This document shows positions 11,756 to 24,069 of a stretch of 64,000 bases of DNA, one piece after another (positions within the stretch are counted from its first letter, which is position 1; every line of letters starts with the position of its first letter). Below the pieces are notes generated by a model. The model was not told where the DNA came from. It did no database searches and worked only from the letters and a program-made list of their open reading frames with translations. The DNA is from Eledone cirrhosa. Its lineage: Eukaryota. The position numbers and the translations under genes were made by a program. The stretch covers positions 102,176,001-102,240,000 of the forward strand of contig OZ024743.1 of NCBI GenBank assembly GCA_964016885.1, given 5' to 3'.

Positions 11756-12410
11756 AAACTCTTATTTTTGGGAGGATCGTAGGGGAGGGAGAGTCTTAAT
11801 TCTTTCTCCTGCCTCCATCACTGGTGAACACAACCCAGAGATACTTGAACCTCTCTACCTGCTTCAGTCGAACTCCATTTACATATAGAGTGCACTATTT
11901 AGTCTTCCTTGAGAGGATGTGTCTCAGTTTTCGGAGCACTGATTTTCATTCCAGCCATTTTCATTCTAACAATATCGTCTGCAAATTCCAGCCGACTGAT
12001 TTTACACCTACCAGTCATGATACCACATCTAACCCGGCAGCGCATGTCAATCATGTTTATGTAAGTAATGTACAGAAGAGGTGACAGTACGCACACTTGG
12101 CGGAATCCGGCGCCTACATTAAAGGGTTTCGATTTAATATCATTTATCTGAACACAAATATTGGCCATTCGTATCGAGACATCAGGGCAGCAAGGAACTG
12201 ACCATCGATCCCATACTCTTGCCGAATTTCCAGGGCAGTTCCCTTTTCAAGGGGTCCACAAAACAAGAATATACCTCTTGGCAATACTCCCACGATTTCT
12301 CGAAGAACCGCTAGAGTGTGAATAGTTGGTCCGTTGTGCTGCGTCCGCGGTGAAAACCACACTGTTCGACATTCTCCCTCCATCTCTGATCACAGCTTAC
12401 AACATTCATA
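11756..12410 (-). pseudogene. Degenerate LINE RT fragment (RTE-like)
   Basis: GFRQVCVLSPLLY and LEFADD motifs in ORF 11899-12168. Confidence 0.75.
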
Positions 12411-13184
12411 GAGAGACTTATATATGATTATTATGCATAAACATGTCGTTTATGCATTTATATATATGCCTATTTTGAATCACGATATTTCAATGCTACT
12501 GCTAGGTAAATTATAGAAAATTATTTTTTCTGATCATTTAAACATTATTCCTAGCATTGTCAAAATCGTTAGAGTGGCGGACATAATATTTTGTAGTATT
12601 CAGTTAAGGCTGCTTACATTACGCATAAGTCCAACTTCCAACGATGTCAATTTTACCGTTCATACTTCCGGTGTTGATAAAATGATATAGTTATATAATG
12701 GGCTCGATGCAATCGACGTTCCTATAAATCTAATTGGTGTCATTGTGCCTATATTAGAAACTAGCATTTTGAATCACTCCAAAATCTATTGCATCACATG
12801 CTTAGCAGCGGTGCCTGTATATTTCAGATCTGTTCATCCACCCATCCAATAAATATAATTATGCCGTATGATCCAATCTCAAAGAATTTCAGAAGATATT
12901 GCAAATGAAAACACCAACCACATCAGTTTCCGCTGATCAAATATTGGTGATTAACAAAATTTATAGAATTTTCACATACTGGAATATTTTAGATAATTCT
13001 GTGATTTTTTGTGAGAGTCACATTAATAAGCAACGCTTAAATTAGTCAACCACGATATTAGTCAAGTTTAATTAGGGGCAGAGTGCCGTAACGGTCTGCA
13101 TTGGTTGATAGTTTTCAATGAAACACGTCTCAAGCAAATTGTAATTAATTGTTCATTGCTGTTCTAAGGTTTCTTTAATGTGCA

Positions 13185-13250
13185 TTGTAACAAATTTTTC
13201 AAATTGATAATTATAATGCAATGAGAATTAATATACGCACTCACATATAC

Positions 13251-13317
<67 letters not shown>

Positions 13318-13332
13318 AGTGCGTATATATAC

Positions 13333-13366
<34 letters not shown>

Positions 13367-13456
13367 GTATATGTGAGTGCGTATATTAATTCTCATTGCA
13401 TTATAATTATCAATTTGAAAAATTTGTTACAAATAATAATAACAGGTGACACGCCA

Positions 13457-13535
<79 letters not shown>

Positions 13536-13680
13536 ACGATGTTATTGTCTGCTCGGAGCAGCGTGTTACTGTATAAAGCAATATGCTATTTCAAGTCTAC
13601 GACAATAAAAAGTGGAAGGTAGATTTCGGAAGAAATTGAAAGCAACAAAAATGGTGGCGTGTCACCTGTTATTATTATTT
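13185..13680. repeat. Two abutting inverted repeats, each enclosing (TA)n
   Basis: 13185-~13255 vs ~13362-13432; perfect 30-bp IR 13431-13460 vs 13651-13680. Confidence 0.85.
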
Positions 13681-14046
13681 ACCTTTCCTAATATTTCGGG
13701 TCTAAAAACCCTTCATCAGAAGGCTGTAAAAAGAAACTGGATCGGACGTAGAGCTATTCGCTATTTTTCTTCCTTTGTACCAGAAGTGACGTCGTCTCTG
13801 GACTGACGTATACAAAATCGCCTTCAACGCCTCCGTCTCCGACTGTTCCGTAAAATTTCTTGATATCTCTTTTTCAGTCGACCACTCCCACTGCACCCTC
13901 GGTACATCCATCCTTTACAAAACCACGAACTCGCTCTTCTCTGTTGATTTCACCTACACCTACACAATCCCACCAAACCTTCCATACCCTACTTACAATT
14001 CTTCCATTTTCGTCAGCTCGGCAGCCAAGTCCATGATTTTGAGAGC

Positions 14047-14114
14047 AATAAAATAAAGTACCAGTATTGCACTGGGTAATTGGTGGCCTTGTGTCAAACG
14101 TAGAAACAATTATT
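14047..14114 (+). mobile_element. SINE 3' fragment
   Basis: AAAATAAAGTACCAG…GTAGAAACAATTATT. Confidence 0.8.
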
Positions 14115-15140
14115 TTCGGATTTTGTTAGTGTAGTTTCCTATGTTTACTAAAAAGCGGCAGCCTCCGTGAGTTATGCATCTGTTGGATAGCATGTTCTTT
14201 AATTTGAGCTTTTCTGGATAGAAATTTCTTAAATGACTTTTACTGCTATTTATGTAGCAGTTGTCTTTTATGCTTTTCTTTTCGTACTTACTTAAGGGCA
14301 CAACTCTCAGATAGCTTTGTGATCTTGTGGAGTTATGAAAAGTAGTATGTCCATCATGATACAACCCTACAACCTGCCATGAAGTGTCTGGTCACCGTAG
14401 ACTACGTAGCAATACTGCGGTGCCCATCATGAACCAACCAGACATGCCATGGAAAGACTTGTCAGCGTAGAATACCTACCAATACAGAGCAAAGAAAACC
14501 TCTCGAACCAGGTGCTGACATCGGTAACGGTGTTCTTGATCCTAACCGTATTGCTCAGTTTGAAACGCTGCGGGTCACCTAACAGGCAGAGCTAACATTG
14601 TCCAAAATGTTCTTGATCGTAACATTCAAATTGTTCCGTTTGTAATACTGCACCCCACCTTACGGACAAGAGTATCACGTACCAACAGATTTTGTGCACT
14701 CTACCATTCACTTCCTTTTCATGGGGCTCAGCGTTGAGACAATGGGTGTCTCCAGGGCCCGAAATAACTTTTTCCTCCGTGGGAAGCGTTCATCTCTCCA
14801 GAGGAAGGATACCGTGATGAGGATGACTGCTGCAGCGGGTTTCACTGTATGTTCTTAGCTGAAATACGTTTACCATTTGTCCCCAACGAGAAGAGGCAAT
14901 ACTCTTCCTAGACAGAGATGTAGAGTCCACCGTTTCCTCCATTCATCTCTTAATTAAAAAAAAATTTCCTTGCAATGATTACAAAGTTTAATGGAAAATG
15001 TGTTGAATAAATATGTTGAGCTGGTCATTATTTAAAAATACATATTGTGTACTGCTACTCTACCACTCGTTGTGTAATAAATTTTGATTGAGACATAGAA
15101 GTCATATGTGCATATCATATAAATATTATACATACACAAT

Positions 15141-15270
<130 letters not shown>

Positions 15271-15490
15271 TGCATATATATAACTTCCTTTACACATACA
15301 TATATATAACTTCCCATACGTAGATATATAAACACACACCCGTCCCCTCAATCTATCTTATTTCTCAGTCATTTTTTAGATGAACGACTAGCGTCCTAAA
15401 CATTAAGACCCCTTTCCTGCTCTATCAAGCTTTAACCTAATATATACCTTCCACATATTGTACCTTCCACATGTTGTTATTTCTGTTTAC

Positions 15491-15564
<74 letters not shown>

Positions 15565-15567
<3 letters not shown>

Positions 15568-17880
15568 GGATATATGTATCGTGGGGGAGGAGGAAATAGA
15601 GAGGTACAGCGAAGTGCGATACTAAATGCCAATAGCCGAAGCGAAATGTGCTCAATGCTTGGGTTAGCAGAGTTAAATATTAGAGAAGATTTAATATTTA
15701 GTAGATTGTTCAAGCAGAACAGGTATAGGCAATTCATCTCCAATGAGCTCAACAAGAATTACAGAAAAAACCAAAAGACAAACAAACAAATAACACACCC
15801 AGTAGCACACTCAACAACATAAATAGAGTATGTAAGAGCATTGTAACTAGCTTAGATATGGATAAATATACAGACCCTTACAAACCTATGACACCGAAAT
15901 TCTCTCTTAAGGATCACAAATGTAAACCCTTCTGTTAGATTAATATGCCCCTCCATCTCTGATATAGGTAGAATTAGCAAATTGATCCTAGATAGAATAA
16001 TGGAATAATAGGACTAGTATAATGGCGAGGCACACCAATAACCACAGCGGCAGCGAGCTTGTTAATAGGAAATATGGGAGTGGAACCAACATTGCGACCG
16101 GCCTAGTACAATATCACAACAGCAATGGTAATAGGCCAGGTAGATCCCTGAACGGTTCCAATCTAATTCAGCAGAATGTAACTAGAAATAACTTACTAGA
16201 AAAATTCCCCGCATACAGGCATAACAATGGAGATGGCCTTTCACAAACACCTATCAACAAACATAGCGTAACTCAGGTCGGCTCCTCAGGAGGTAGGTTA
16301 ACACATAGGACTAATAAGAACTGTGCGCAACAGGCAGCCGTCCAACTGCCGCAGTTTAAACACCCACCATAGCAGAAACGATCACACCGGCCCAACGACA
16401 ACATATGTCATATGACCCCCCCCCCTCCCCTATTCTAAGGGTTTTGCCTCAAACTTACCAAAAATCTTCTTCGTTGCCTTAGAGAAAAACTTCCTACCTA
16501 ACCATAGATACCATAAGATCCTTAACAAGAATAATGTCAAAATCTCTTACTCTACAACACCTAACTTAGCCGATCTTATAGCGCTTAGGAACCACAAGAA
16601 GCTCACTAGAATCAAACCATCTTGTAACGCCAATATTAGAACACCTCGCAACTTTAATAACCATAACAATACCCATAGCCATAATAGCAATAATAGTAAC
16701 CAGGATAATAATGATAGTAATAACAATAACAACAACAATATCAACATTATAGAGACTAGCCGCAGCAGTAATAGTGGAACTAGTGACCAGGATAGGAACC
16801 TTAGCAGCGATAACAACAGCAGTAGAGTGAGCTTTAATAGGAACACCAGAAATAACACCGTGTCGCAAAACTATATCTGTAATAATGCCAACGGCAATAA
16901 TAATGAAATAATGATAATGGTGATAGTGGTAATGATAGTAGTAATGATAGCAGTGGCCCTTACCACATCATTAGAAATAACAACAAAAAGCATTGCAATT
17001 GCCGAAACCCCAACAACTGTCTGCTCCAGGGCCACTGCTTAATTAGAAATGTAATCTATAAATGCACGGTCACGAGTAAAAATAGCACTAGGTCTTTCAT
17101 AGGCGCCACTTCTAATGAGTTCAAGACTAGATTTAGATCACATTTCCACTCTTTTAGAAATAAGAAACTCAGGTTATGTACCTCCCTTGATAATTATATT
17201 ACACTATTAACTGAATCTAACATTAGCTATACAACACAATGGGGAATAGTAGATCAAGCAACGCTTTACAACTTTAGGAAAAATTGCCAGCTGTGCCTAA
17301 TAGAAACATATTATATAGTAAGCTCACCCAATGAACTCATTAATAGACGAGCTGAAACGGTAATAAATTGCAACCACAGACTACAACGCTCGTTCTACAA
17401 CTGGTCTCTAGAACAGTAATAACATCCTATCCCCACAGCTATCTACATGACCCCCCCCCCCACCATTTAGCCCACCTGCAATAATTAGGCCTAAGTACAG
17501 TATTTATTGATGCTATAACTACCCGCCTGATTTTTACCTAAGCAGAGCCCATCACCTACTGAGTTAGACTCACCCTGTTAAACCATCCCTTTCGCTGGGA
17601 TATACTAAACATTCTAGGGGACTGACTTGCCTTATACCGTGCAGTTGCCTCCTTTAGCTGATTATGCCCCTTTCACTGACGCCATTATTATTTTTTCGCC
17701 TACCATGCAAGGTGACGCTAATCTAATGGAAAGATTCTCAACCTGCCCTAACGGTATTTATATTTTTGATGATGTTATATAAACAATCACTTCTCTGAGG
17801 AGCCCGGGTGGGCGAAACATTATGTAAGTTTTATATAAAGAACTTGTTTCAACGGCTTGTAACATTAATTCATTTGCTTA
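15565..17880 (+). mobile_element. Internally deleted, degenerate Penelope-like element (second family, possibly Hydra clade)
   Basis: Remnants KDHKCKPFCRLICPSISDIGRISKLILDRI (~15910), YHKILNKNNVKISYSTTPNL (~16510), KHCNCRNPNNCLLQGHCLIRNVIYKC…FIGATSNEFKTRFRSH…CQLCLIE…INRRAE…CNHR (GIY-YIG type, ~16990-17420); hammerhead core in 3'UTR; (TA)n on both sides; no YxDD region seen. Confidence 0.8.
17788..17832 (+). ncRNA. Hammerhead ribozyme motif (minimal PLE type)
   Basis: CTGAGGA-GCCC-gggt-GGGC-GAAA-CATtATG-TA: canonical core, 4-bp stem II, near-palindromic stem III, GUA triplet; stem I is short. Confidence 0.7.
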
Positions 17881-18435
17881 TATATATATATATGAAAATA
17901 TGGCGTGCTCGTGGTTGCAAATTGGTTACATATGAATAAAATTAGTCCTTCATCAGTGATCCTCCTGCCTTCATTGGTATTTCATCGTTTGAGTACATAT
18001 ACAAATACACACACTCATATACATGTATATATATTCGTATGGTATATACACAAAACTTCTATTTGAAAATATCGTTACCCCAAAGTAAATTACTATAATG
18101 CTAGTTTATGGCTATAAATAATAGGAAGGAGAAAATTAGGAGGAAAGTATCATTATCCTTCTAGATGCATACATATATCTGTATGCATAGGTTCAATTGT
18201 TAGCAGAGCCGGTGTATGTTTATAATCACACCAACAGAAAATGTTGATATATTTGTATTGAGAACCTTTATGTTAATTGACCTATAAACTAAGTAATACG
18301 AGGCTATAAATATTGCAATCAATATGGTCGACAAATTCATTGATGCTAGTTCCCCAGTGTAGCTATAGTTCAATAATAATACACAGACACCACAGACACA
18401 CACAGGCACACATATTTATGTATGTATATATACAT

Positions 18436-18849
18436 ATGGTGGCTGCCAACTCGTTTTCGAGTACGGCCACTACTTTATATCCATGTAGGAGAACTCCTAC
18501 CGATGCGCTGAACGAGTGTGACTTTTTAGTACAGCCAGCGACTTGAAAACTCTGGTACAAACACTACACTTGTGACAATTATTGACACACAGTGCTGGGC
18601 CTATGGGACCATGAGACGACAAGTGCAGAGAGATCTCCATATATAAAGTAATGCCTGTGCCGTGAAGCTTTTATAGTGAGCAAAGGCACTGCACAAAGCC
18701 AGTCCCCCTCTCTTAACCAAGATGATATTTACCAAAAACAAGAACAAGTCAACATCATTGGATACCGTCAGGGTTGCAGGTGTTTTTTCAGAGTTTTCCT
18801 TCTCCTAGAATTATGCCTTGACAAAGGCTAAGGGGTCATCTCTCCCGGT
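18436..18849 (-). mobile_element. Non-autonomous RTE-related element, longer copy
   Basis: Homologous to 1791-2132; 5' part contains CTAGGAGAAGGAAAACTCTG, resembling RTE 5'UTRs; TA-rich flanks. Confidence 0.6.
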
Positions 18850-18871
18850 ATATATACATATACATTCATAT

Positions 18872-19365
<494 letters not shown>

Positions 19366-19609
19366 TTGCGAGGTTTTTTATATGAAATCGTGTGTCGAAA
19401 CAGATATTGTTATATTTGGGGAGGGTCATATTTGCGTAATATTGCCAGAATTAATAACAGAACACACTCACTGTTTGGTTGGTTTTCGCTTCTCGCTGTC
19501 TTTTATATATATATATCTGCGATCTAACTTACTCGGTCCTCAATGTTGCCATTGACTGACCGGCGGTCAAAAATAATACAGATACAATATAGACAAACAC
19601 ATATATATA

Positions 19610-19659
19610 TAGTTTACATAAATCTTTCGTTGCACATCTGCAACATCGTCAGTGGTGTT
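19610..19659 (-). ncRNA. Hammerhead ribozyme core, minus-strand copy
   Basis: Reverse complement at 19625-19652. Confidence 0.65.
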
Positions 19660-19932
19660 ATATTCATTGTTCCTCCTGTTGTGTTGTATGTCTACGCCAT
19701 TTTTTTTTTTGTTCAGTCTGTCTATATATTTATTTATTTATTTGCTTGTTTGTTTATCTTATTTTATTTTGTCTTCTTTGCGCATGCGTTTGCGTGTGTG
19801 TATAGTGTTATGTGTGATGTGTGATGTGTGACTAGTGTGTATAGTGTTGTCTGCTGGGTGACTAGTGTGTGTTTATGTGCTTGTGTATGTATTTATTTAT
19901 CTTATTTTATTTAATTTAATTTACTTATTTAT

Positions 19933-22900
19933 TTATACTTCTCTTAGGTCAGTGTTGTTTGTTTGGGTGTTGTTGTTGTTCCACTCATTCTTTCTGTTTA
20001 GCTTTGGTCTTCTAATTTCTATTTCACTGGCCTCTCTGATTTGCCTATCTGCTGGGTCATTCCTATGTTTAGATATTATTCTAATTTCTATGTTGTCTAT
20101 GTTACCGTCATGATGTTGTCTAGCATGTTCGTATAGTACTGACCCGTTTTTTCGTCCTTTTAGTTCCCCCCAGTGTTGGTCTATCCTTTCACCTATGCTA
20201 CGAGCTGTCTCACCTATGTATGTTGTTGTCGTGTTTCTGCAAGTACCCTCTGTACATCTTATGCTATAGACTACGTTTCTAGTTTTACAGTTTATCCGGG
20301 GGTTCACCTTACATATGATACATTTCCTATTGGTACAGTGGGTTTTCTTAAAAGGGTAGGTTTTGCTGATCAGGGATTTTATGGTGGTTCCTGGCTTTTC
20401 TACCACCTTTATTTTTAAGTGGGTCTTTCTCAGGGCCTTTCTACACTGGTTAGCTAATTTCCCTCCAGGGGTGGCGTCCACAAACATGACACTCTGATAT
20501 CTCTGGTTGTCGTACCATGATGTGGCCTTCCCTATCTTATGTCTAGCCCTATCTAAGCTATTCCATGATTTGCTCCTGTATAGTGGGCAAATTCCTTTCA
20601 TGTCCAGTTCTATGAGGGTCTTATACTTTTCCATGGCTCCTTCGTATACTCTGACTCTGTCTCTTTGGTTGTAGCCAGAGAACTGCATGCGGTTGATGAA
20701 GTGTTGGATGTGTCCTTCCATTTCTGTTGGGTCGCACATGCTGGACACATTCTTCATCACTCGTACCAAATCTGCGATCAGAATATTAAACTTAGCACTA
20801 CTGGACATTGCTGAGTTTTTGAGTATCAGGTATTTGGAGGCCATGGGTTTAGCATAGTGTGAGTGGAGAATTTGGGCTCTCTCGTCTATAGTGTTAATCC
20901 AGAGTTCTGTGTCTAATACAGGTAGTCTATTGTTAGGGTGTTTGGAAGGGAAGTCTATAGTTACAGTTATACTCTGGTGTATGGAATTAGCTATCTGCTG
21001 GATGCTTTCCATCGTGCTACGTTCTAAATCAAACTTGTTAGTGCTCTCTAGTGGGGGTGTTCTTATAACTATATTGATATCGTCTACATAACGAGAGTAC
21101 ATGATGAGGTCTATGGAGCTTTCATTAAGGAGATCTTTAAGTCTCCTTTCCCACCATACCATGAAAAGGTTGGCAACATCGCCAGCTATGCTGACGCCGA
21201 TGGCTGCTCCCTCATTTTGGGTGTAGATTTTCTCATTGAACTTAAATATGTGGCCCTTTAGGGTAGTTTTGATACTAGCCCCTATTGCATGTGCGACCAT
21301 TTTTCTTACCTGATCAGTGTTTTGGGGGGTCCGTATAGCTTTGGTCCACCCAATCCACCTTCCTATGGGAGTCTTTTTAGCCATTGAGGTTATGGTGGGG
21401 GGTCTACCTCTTATAGGTCTACTAGGGCAGAAACATCTAAGGTCATGGCTGTCTAGGTAGTCAGTGTCGTAGGTAAGTCTAAGTAGGAGGCCCAGTTCGT
21501 CTGTGTCGACGTCGCAGAACTCCACCTCACTCTCAATGATCATCTCCACACATCTTTTCACAGCAAAATCAATGTTAATGGATGGGTACAGTGACACCAC
21601 ATCCATGCTGCCTATTATGCAGTTGGATAGGCTCCTGTTTTTGTTGCACTCACTGATTCTGCTGAGGAGGTCCTCTGTACTTTCACATACATCTGGGGAC
21701 ATCTTGATTATGGGGCGTATAACCATTGAGAGGAAGTAGGAGATCCTGTAGTTGCTAGCTATATTAGCTCCGCATACAGGTCTTGTTGGTGGTCCTATTG
21801 TCGGGTCGTCGACTGTCTTGTGGTCTTTGCGGAGCCCATACAAGGGTGGTATGCCATTGTTAGACGCCTGGAAGTTGTTGGCAGTGCGTCTGCTTGGCTT
21901 TAGGATGTCAGTCCACATCATCATGTGAGCGTTGAGGATTTTTTCTCTCCCATCGTGTGTTAGTTGTGCAACTTCGCTCGTGTTGGTGATGTGGGGTTGC
22001 ATTGCCTCGATGTAGTTCGGCATGCTATCTATTGACATCCTACCAGACTTATCTGTGGGTAGACACACTACCTCACCATCCCTTGTGCGCTGCTTGAGGC
22101 TAACCAAGCCTTCTACAGGTTTTATCCCAAGTTGTTGGGCCTCTGGTCTGCTCTGTCTCATAGTGTACCTGTCTACTACTTGTCTAATCTTATTTCTAGC
22201 TATGGTGAACTGTGCCTCCGTCTCGTCATCTATTTGTTGTGGTATGCAAACTCTTTTATTAAAGGGTAACCTCGTAGGATAGATATTACCCATCTTATAT
22301 GTTTTGTCAGCTGGGTTGAAAAATAGTTTCTCTAAGGGGTTGTCGTTATTTCTATCGTCATAGTTGTGTGTGTTGCTATTATTGTTATCATGGTGGTTGT
22401 TGTTGTTTCTATCCTTAGCATTAATATTATTATTGTTATGATTGCTAGATGTATTGTTGTTTACTTCACCGTTATTGTTGTTGTTACTGCTATTTCTACC
22501 ATTGTGGTTGTTACTATTATTATGTTTCTTGTTTTTGTTGATGTTGCTACATGTACTATTTCCATTATTACCACTGTGGTTATTGTTGTTGTTGTTGTTC
22601 GTATTGTTACCGTTATTACTACTGTGGTCACTGTTGCTGTGTCTGTGGTTAACGTTTCTATTATTATTATTATTGTGGTTGTTGTTGTTCTGTCTATCGC
22701 TAGTATTATTACCATTATCACTATTTCTCACTTTCCTGCCATTGTTATGGTTATGGCTGTTATTTCTATACCCAGAGTTATTGTTTATATTACTACTACC
22801 GTTATTATTGTTGTTGTTGTTGTTTACCTTTGCATTCCAACGTATTTTTGTGAAACACTTTTCCAGCTCCGTTTTGCATTCCATAGGATTAATCTTTTTG

Positions 22901-23565
22901 TAGATGGCAAATTTTGGTGGTAACTTTAGGATTTGTTGTTCTTGTTCACTGATTAAAGTGTTCCCATAGATATTTACTGTGTGGTCATTGGTAAATTCTT
23001 CCGGTAGTTTTACATCACTCATACGGATGTTGTCGATGTTATCTGGGTATTTTTGAGAATATTCGATTTTCCTTTCTTGTAGTTTTTTCTTATTCATCCA
23101 TTCTAATTTCTTCTTGAAATGCCTACAGCATTCGTTTTGAGCATATTTCGTTTCGCGTCGGATGACGCTCATGAAGTCATCTCTCTCGTTTGCTGTGATG
23201 AGATTTCGGATTTCCTTACCGTTGATGCGTTTTTGTCTGTAGAGTGCGTTGACTTTTGTGTATGTTGTTCTTTTCATATTAACTGTTATTGTGTGTTTTA
23301 GCCGTTCAGCTTGTGTTTTGTTCAATAATAAATTATTTACTTGTTTTGATATGTTTGTTGTGTATGTTTTGGAGGAAACACAGTGTTTTAAGAAGCGGAT
23401 TTGTTCTGTTGTTATTGTAGTTTTTATATAACAGAAAACAGTGTCTTTCAATAACCTTTCAGCTTGGCACAAGCTAATGCCATAGCGGCGATGAATTAGT
23501 TTTGCGAGGTTTTTTATATGAAATCGTGTGTCGAAACAGATATTGTTATATTTGGGGAGGGTCAT
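19933..23565 (-). CDS. PLE polyprotein: reverse transcriptase + C-terminal GIY-YIG endonuclease (intact, 1210 aa)
   Basis: DKSG, LYGLRKDHK, RPV, SMDVVSLYPSI, GAAIG…ANLFM, RYVDD; Cys cluster CTNRKCIIC; NVVYSIRC…YIGETAR…R…H…HARQHH…REA…LN. Confidence 0.95.
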   Translation of the reverse strand: MTLPKYNNICFDTRFHIKNLAKLIHRRYGISLCQAERLLKDTVFCYIKTTITTEQIRFLKHCVSSKTYTTNISKQVNNLLLNKTQAERLKHTITVNMKRTTYTKVNALYRQKRINGKEIRNLITANERDDFMSVIRRETKYAQNECCRHFKKKLEWMNKKKLQERKIEYSQKYPDNIDNIRMSDVKLPEEFTNDHTVNIYGNTLISEQEQQILKLPPKFAIYKKINPMECKTELEKCFTKIRWNAKVNNNNNNNNGSSNINNNSGYRNNSHNHNNGRKVRNSDNGNNTSDRQNNNNHNNNNNRNVNHRHSNSDHSSNNGNNTNNNNNNNHSGNNGNSTCSNINKNKKHNNSNNHNGRNSSNNNNNGEVNNNTSSNHNNNNINAKDRNNNNHHDNNNSNTHNYDDRNNDNPLEKLFFNPADKTYKMGNIYPTRLPFNKRVCIPQQIDDETEAQFTIARNKIRQVVDRYTMRQSRPEAQQLGIKPVEGLVSLKQRTRDGEVVCLPTDKSGRMSIDSMPNYIEAMQPHITNTSEVAQLTHDGREKILNAHMMMWTDILKPSRRTANNFQASNNGIPPLYGLRKDHKTVDDPTIGPPTRPVCGANIASNYRISYFLSMVIRPIIKMSPDVCESTEDLLSRISECNKNRSLSNCIIGSMDVVSLYPSINIDFAVKRCVEMIIESEVEFCDVDTDELGLLLRLTYDTDYLDSHDLRCFCPSRPIRGRPPTITSMAKKTPIGRWIGWTKAIRTPQNTDQVRKMVAHAIGASIKTTLKGHIFKFNEKIYTQNEGAAIGVSIAGDVANLFMVWWERRLKDLLNESSIDLIMYSRYVDDINIVIRTPPLESTNKFDLERSTMESIQQIANSIHQSITVTIDFPSKHPNNRLPVLDTELWINTIDERAQILHSHYAKPMASKYLILKNSAMSSSAKFNILIADLVRVMKNVSSMCDPTEMEGHIQHFINRMQFSGYNQRDRVRVYEGAMEKYKTLIELDMKGICPLYRSKSWNSLDRARHKIGKATSWYDNQRYQSVMFVDATPGGKLANQCRKALRKTHLKIKVVEKPGTTIKSLISKTYPFKKTHCTNRKCIICKVNPRINCKTRNVVYSIRCTEGTCRNTTTTYIGETARSIGERIDQHWGELKGRKNGSVLYEHARQHHDGNIDNIEIRIISKHRNDPADRQIREASEIEIRRPKLNRKNEWNNNNTQTNNTDLREV

Positions 23566-23745
23566 ATTTGCGTAATATTGCCAGAATTAATAACAGAACA
23601 CACTCACTGTTTGGTTGGTTTTCGCTTCTCGCTGTCTTTTATATATATATATCTGCGATCTAACTTACTCGGTCCTCAATGTTGCCATTGACTGACCGGC
23701 GGTCAAAAATAATACAGATACAATATAGACAAACACATATATATA

Positions 23746-23795
23746 TAGTTTACATAAATCTTTCGTTGCACATCTGCAACATCGTCAGTGGTGTT
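23746..23795 (-). ncRNA. Hammerhead ribozyme core, minus-strand copy
   Basis: Reverse complement at 23761-23788. Confidence 0.65.
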
Positions 23796-24069
23796 ATATT
23801 CATTGTTCCTCCTGTTGTGTTGTATGTCTACGCCATTTTTTTTTTTTGTTCAGTCTGTCTATATATTTATTTATTTATTTGCTTGTTTGTTTATCTTATT
23901 TTATTTTGTCTTCTTTGCGCATGCGTTTGCGTGTGTGTATAGTGTTATGTGTGATGTGTGATGTGTGACTAGTGTGTATAGTGTTGTCTGCTGGGTGACT
24001 AGTGTGTGTTTATGTGCTTGTGTATGTATTTATTTATCTTATTTTATTTAATTTAATTTACTTATTTAT

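Noticed and set aside
13690-14940. Moderately GC-richer stretch with possible decayed TE sequence
   Set aside because: No motif I can assign
22366-22923. Val/Ile/Leu-rich membrane-like ORFs (also 28368-28925, 16547-16868, 60156-60550)
   Set aside because: Antisense frames of AAC/AAT-rich tracts
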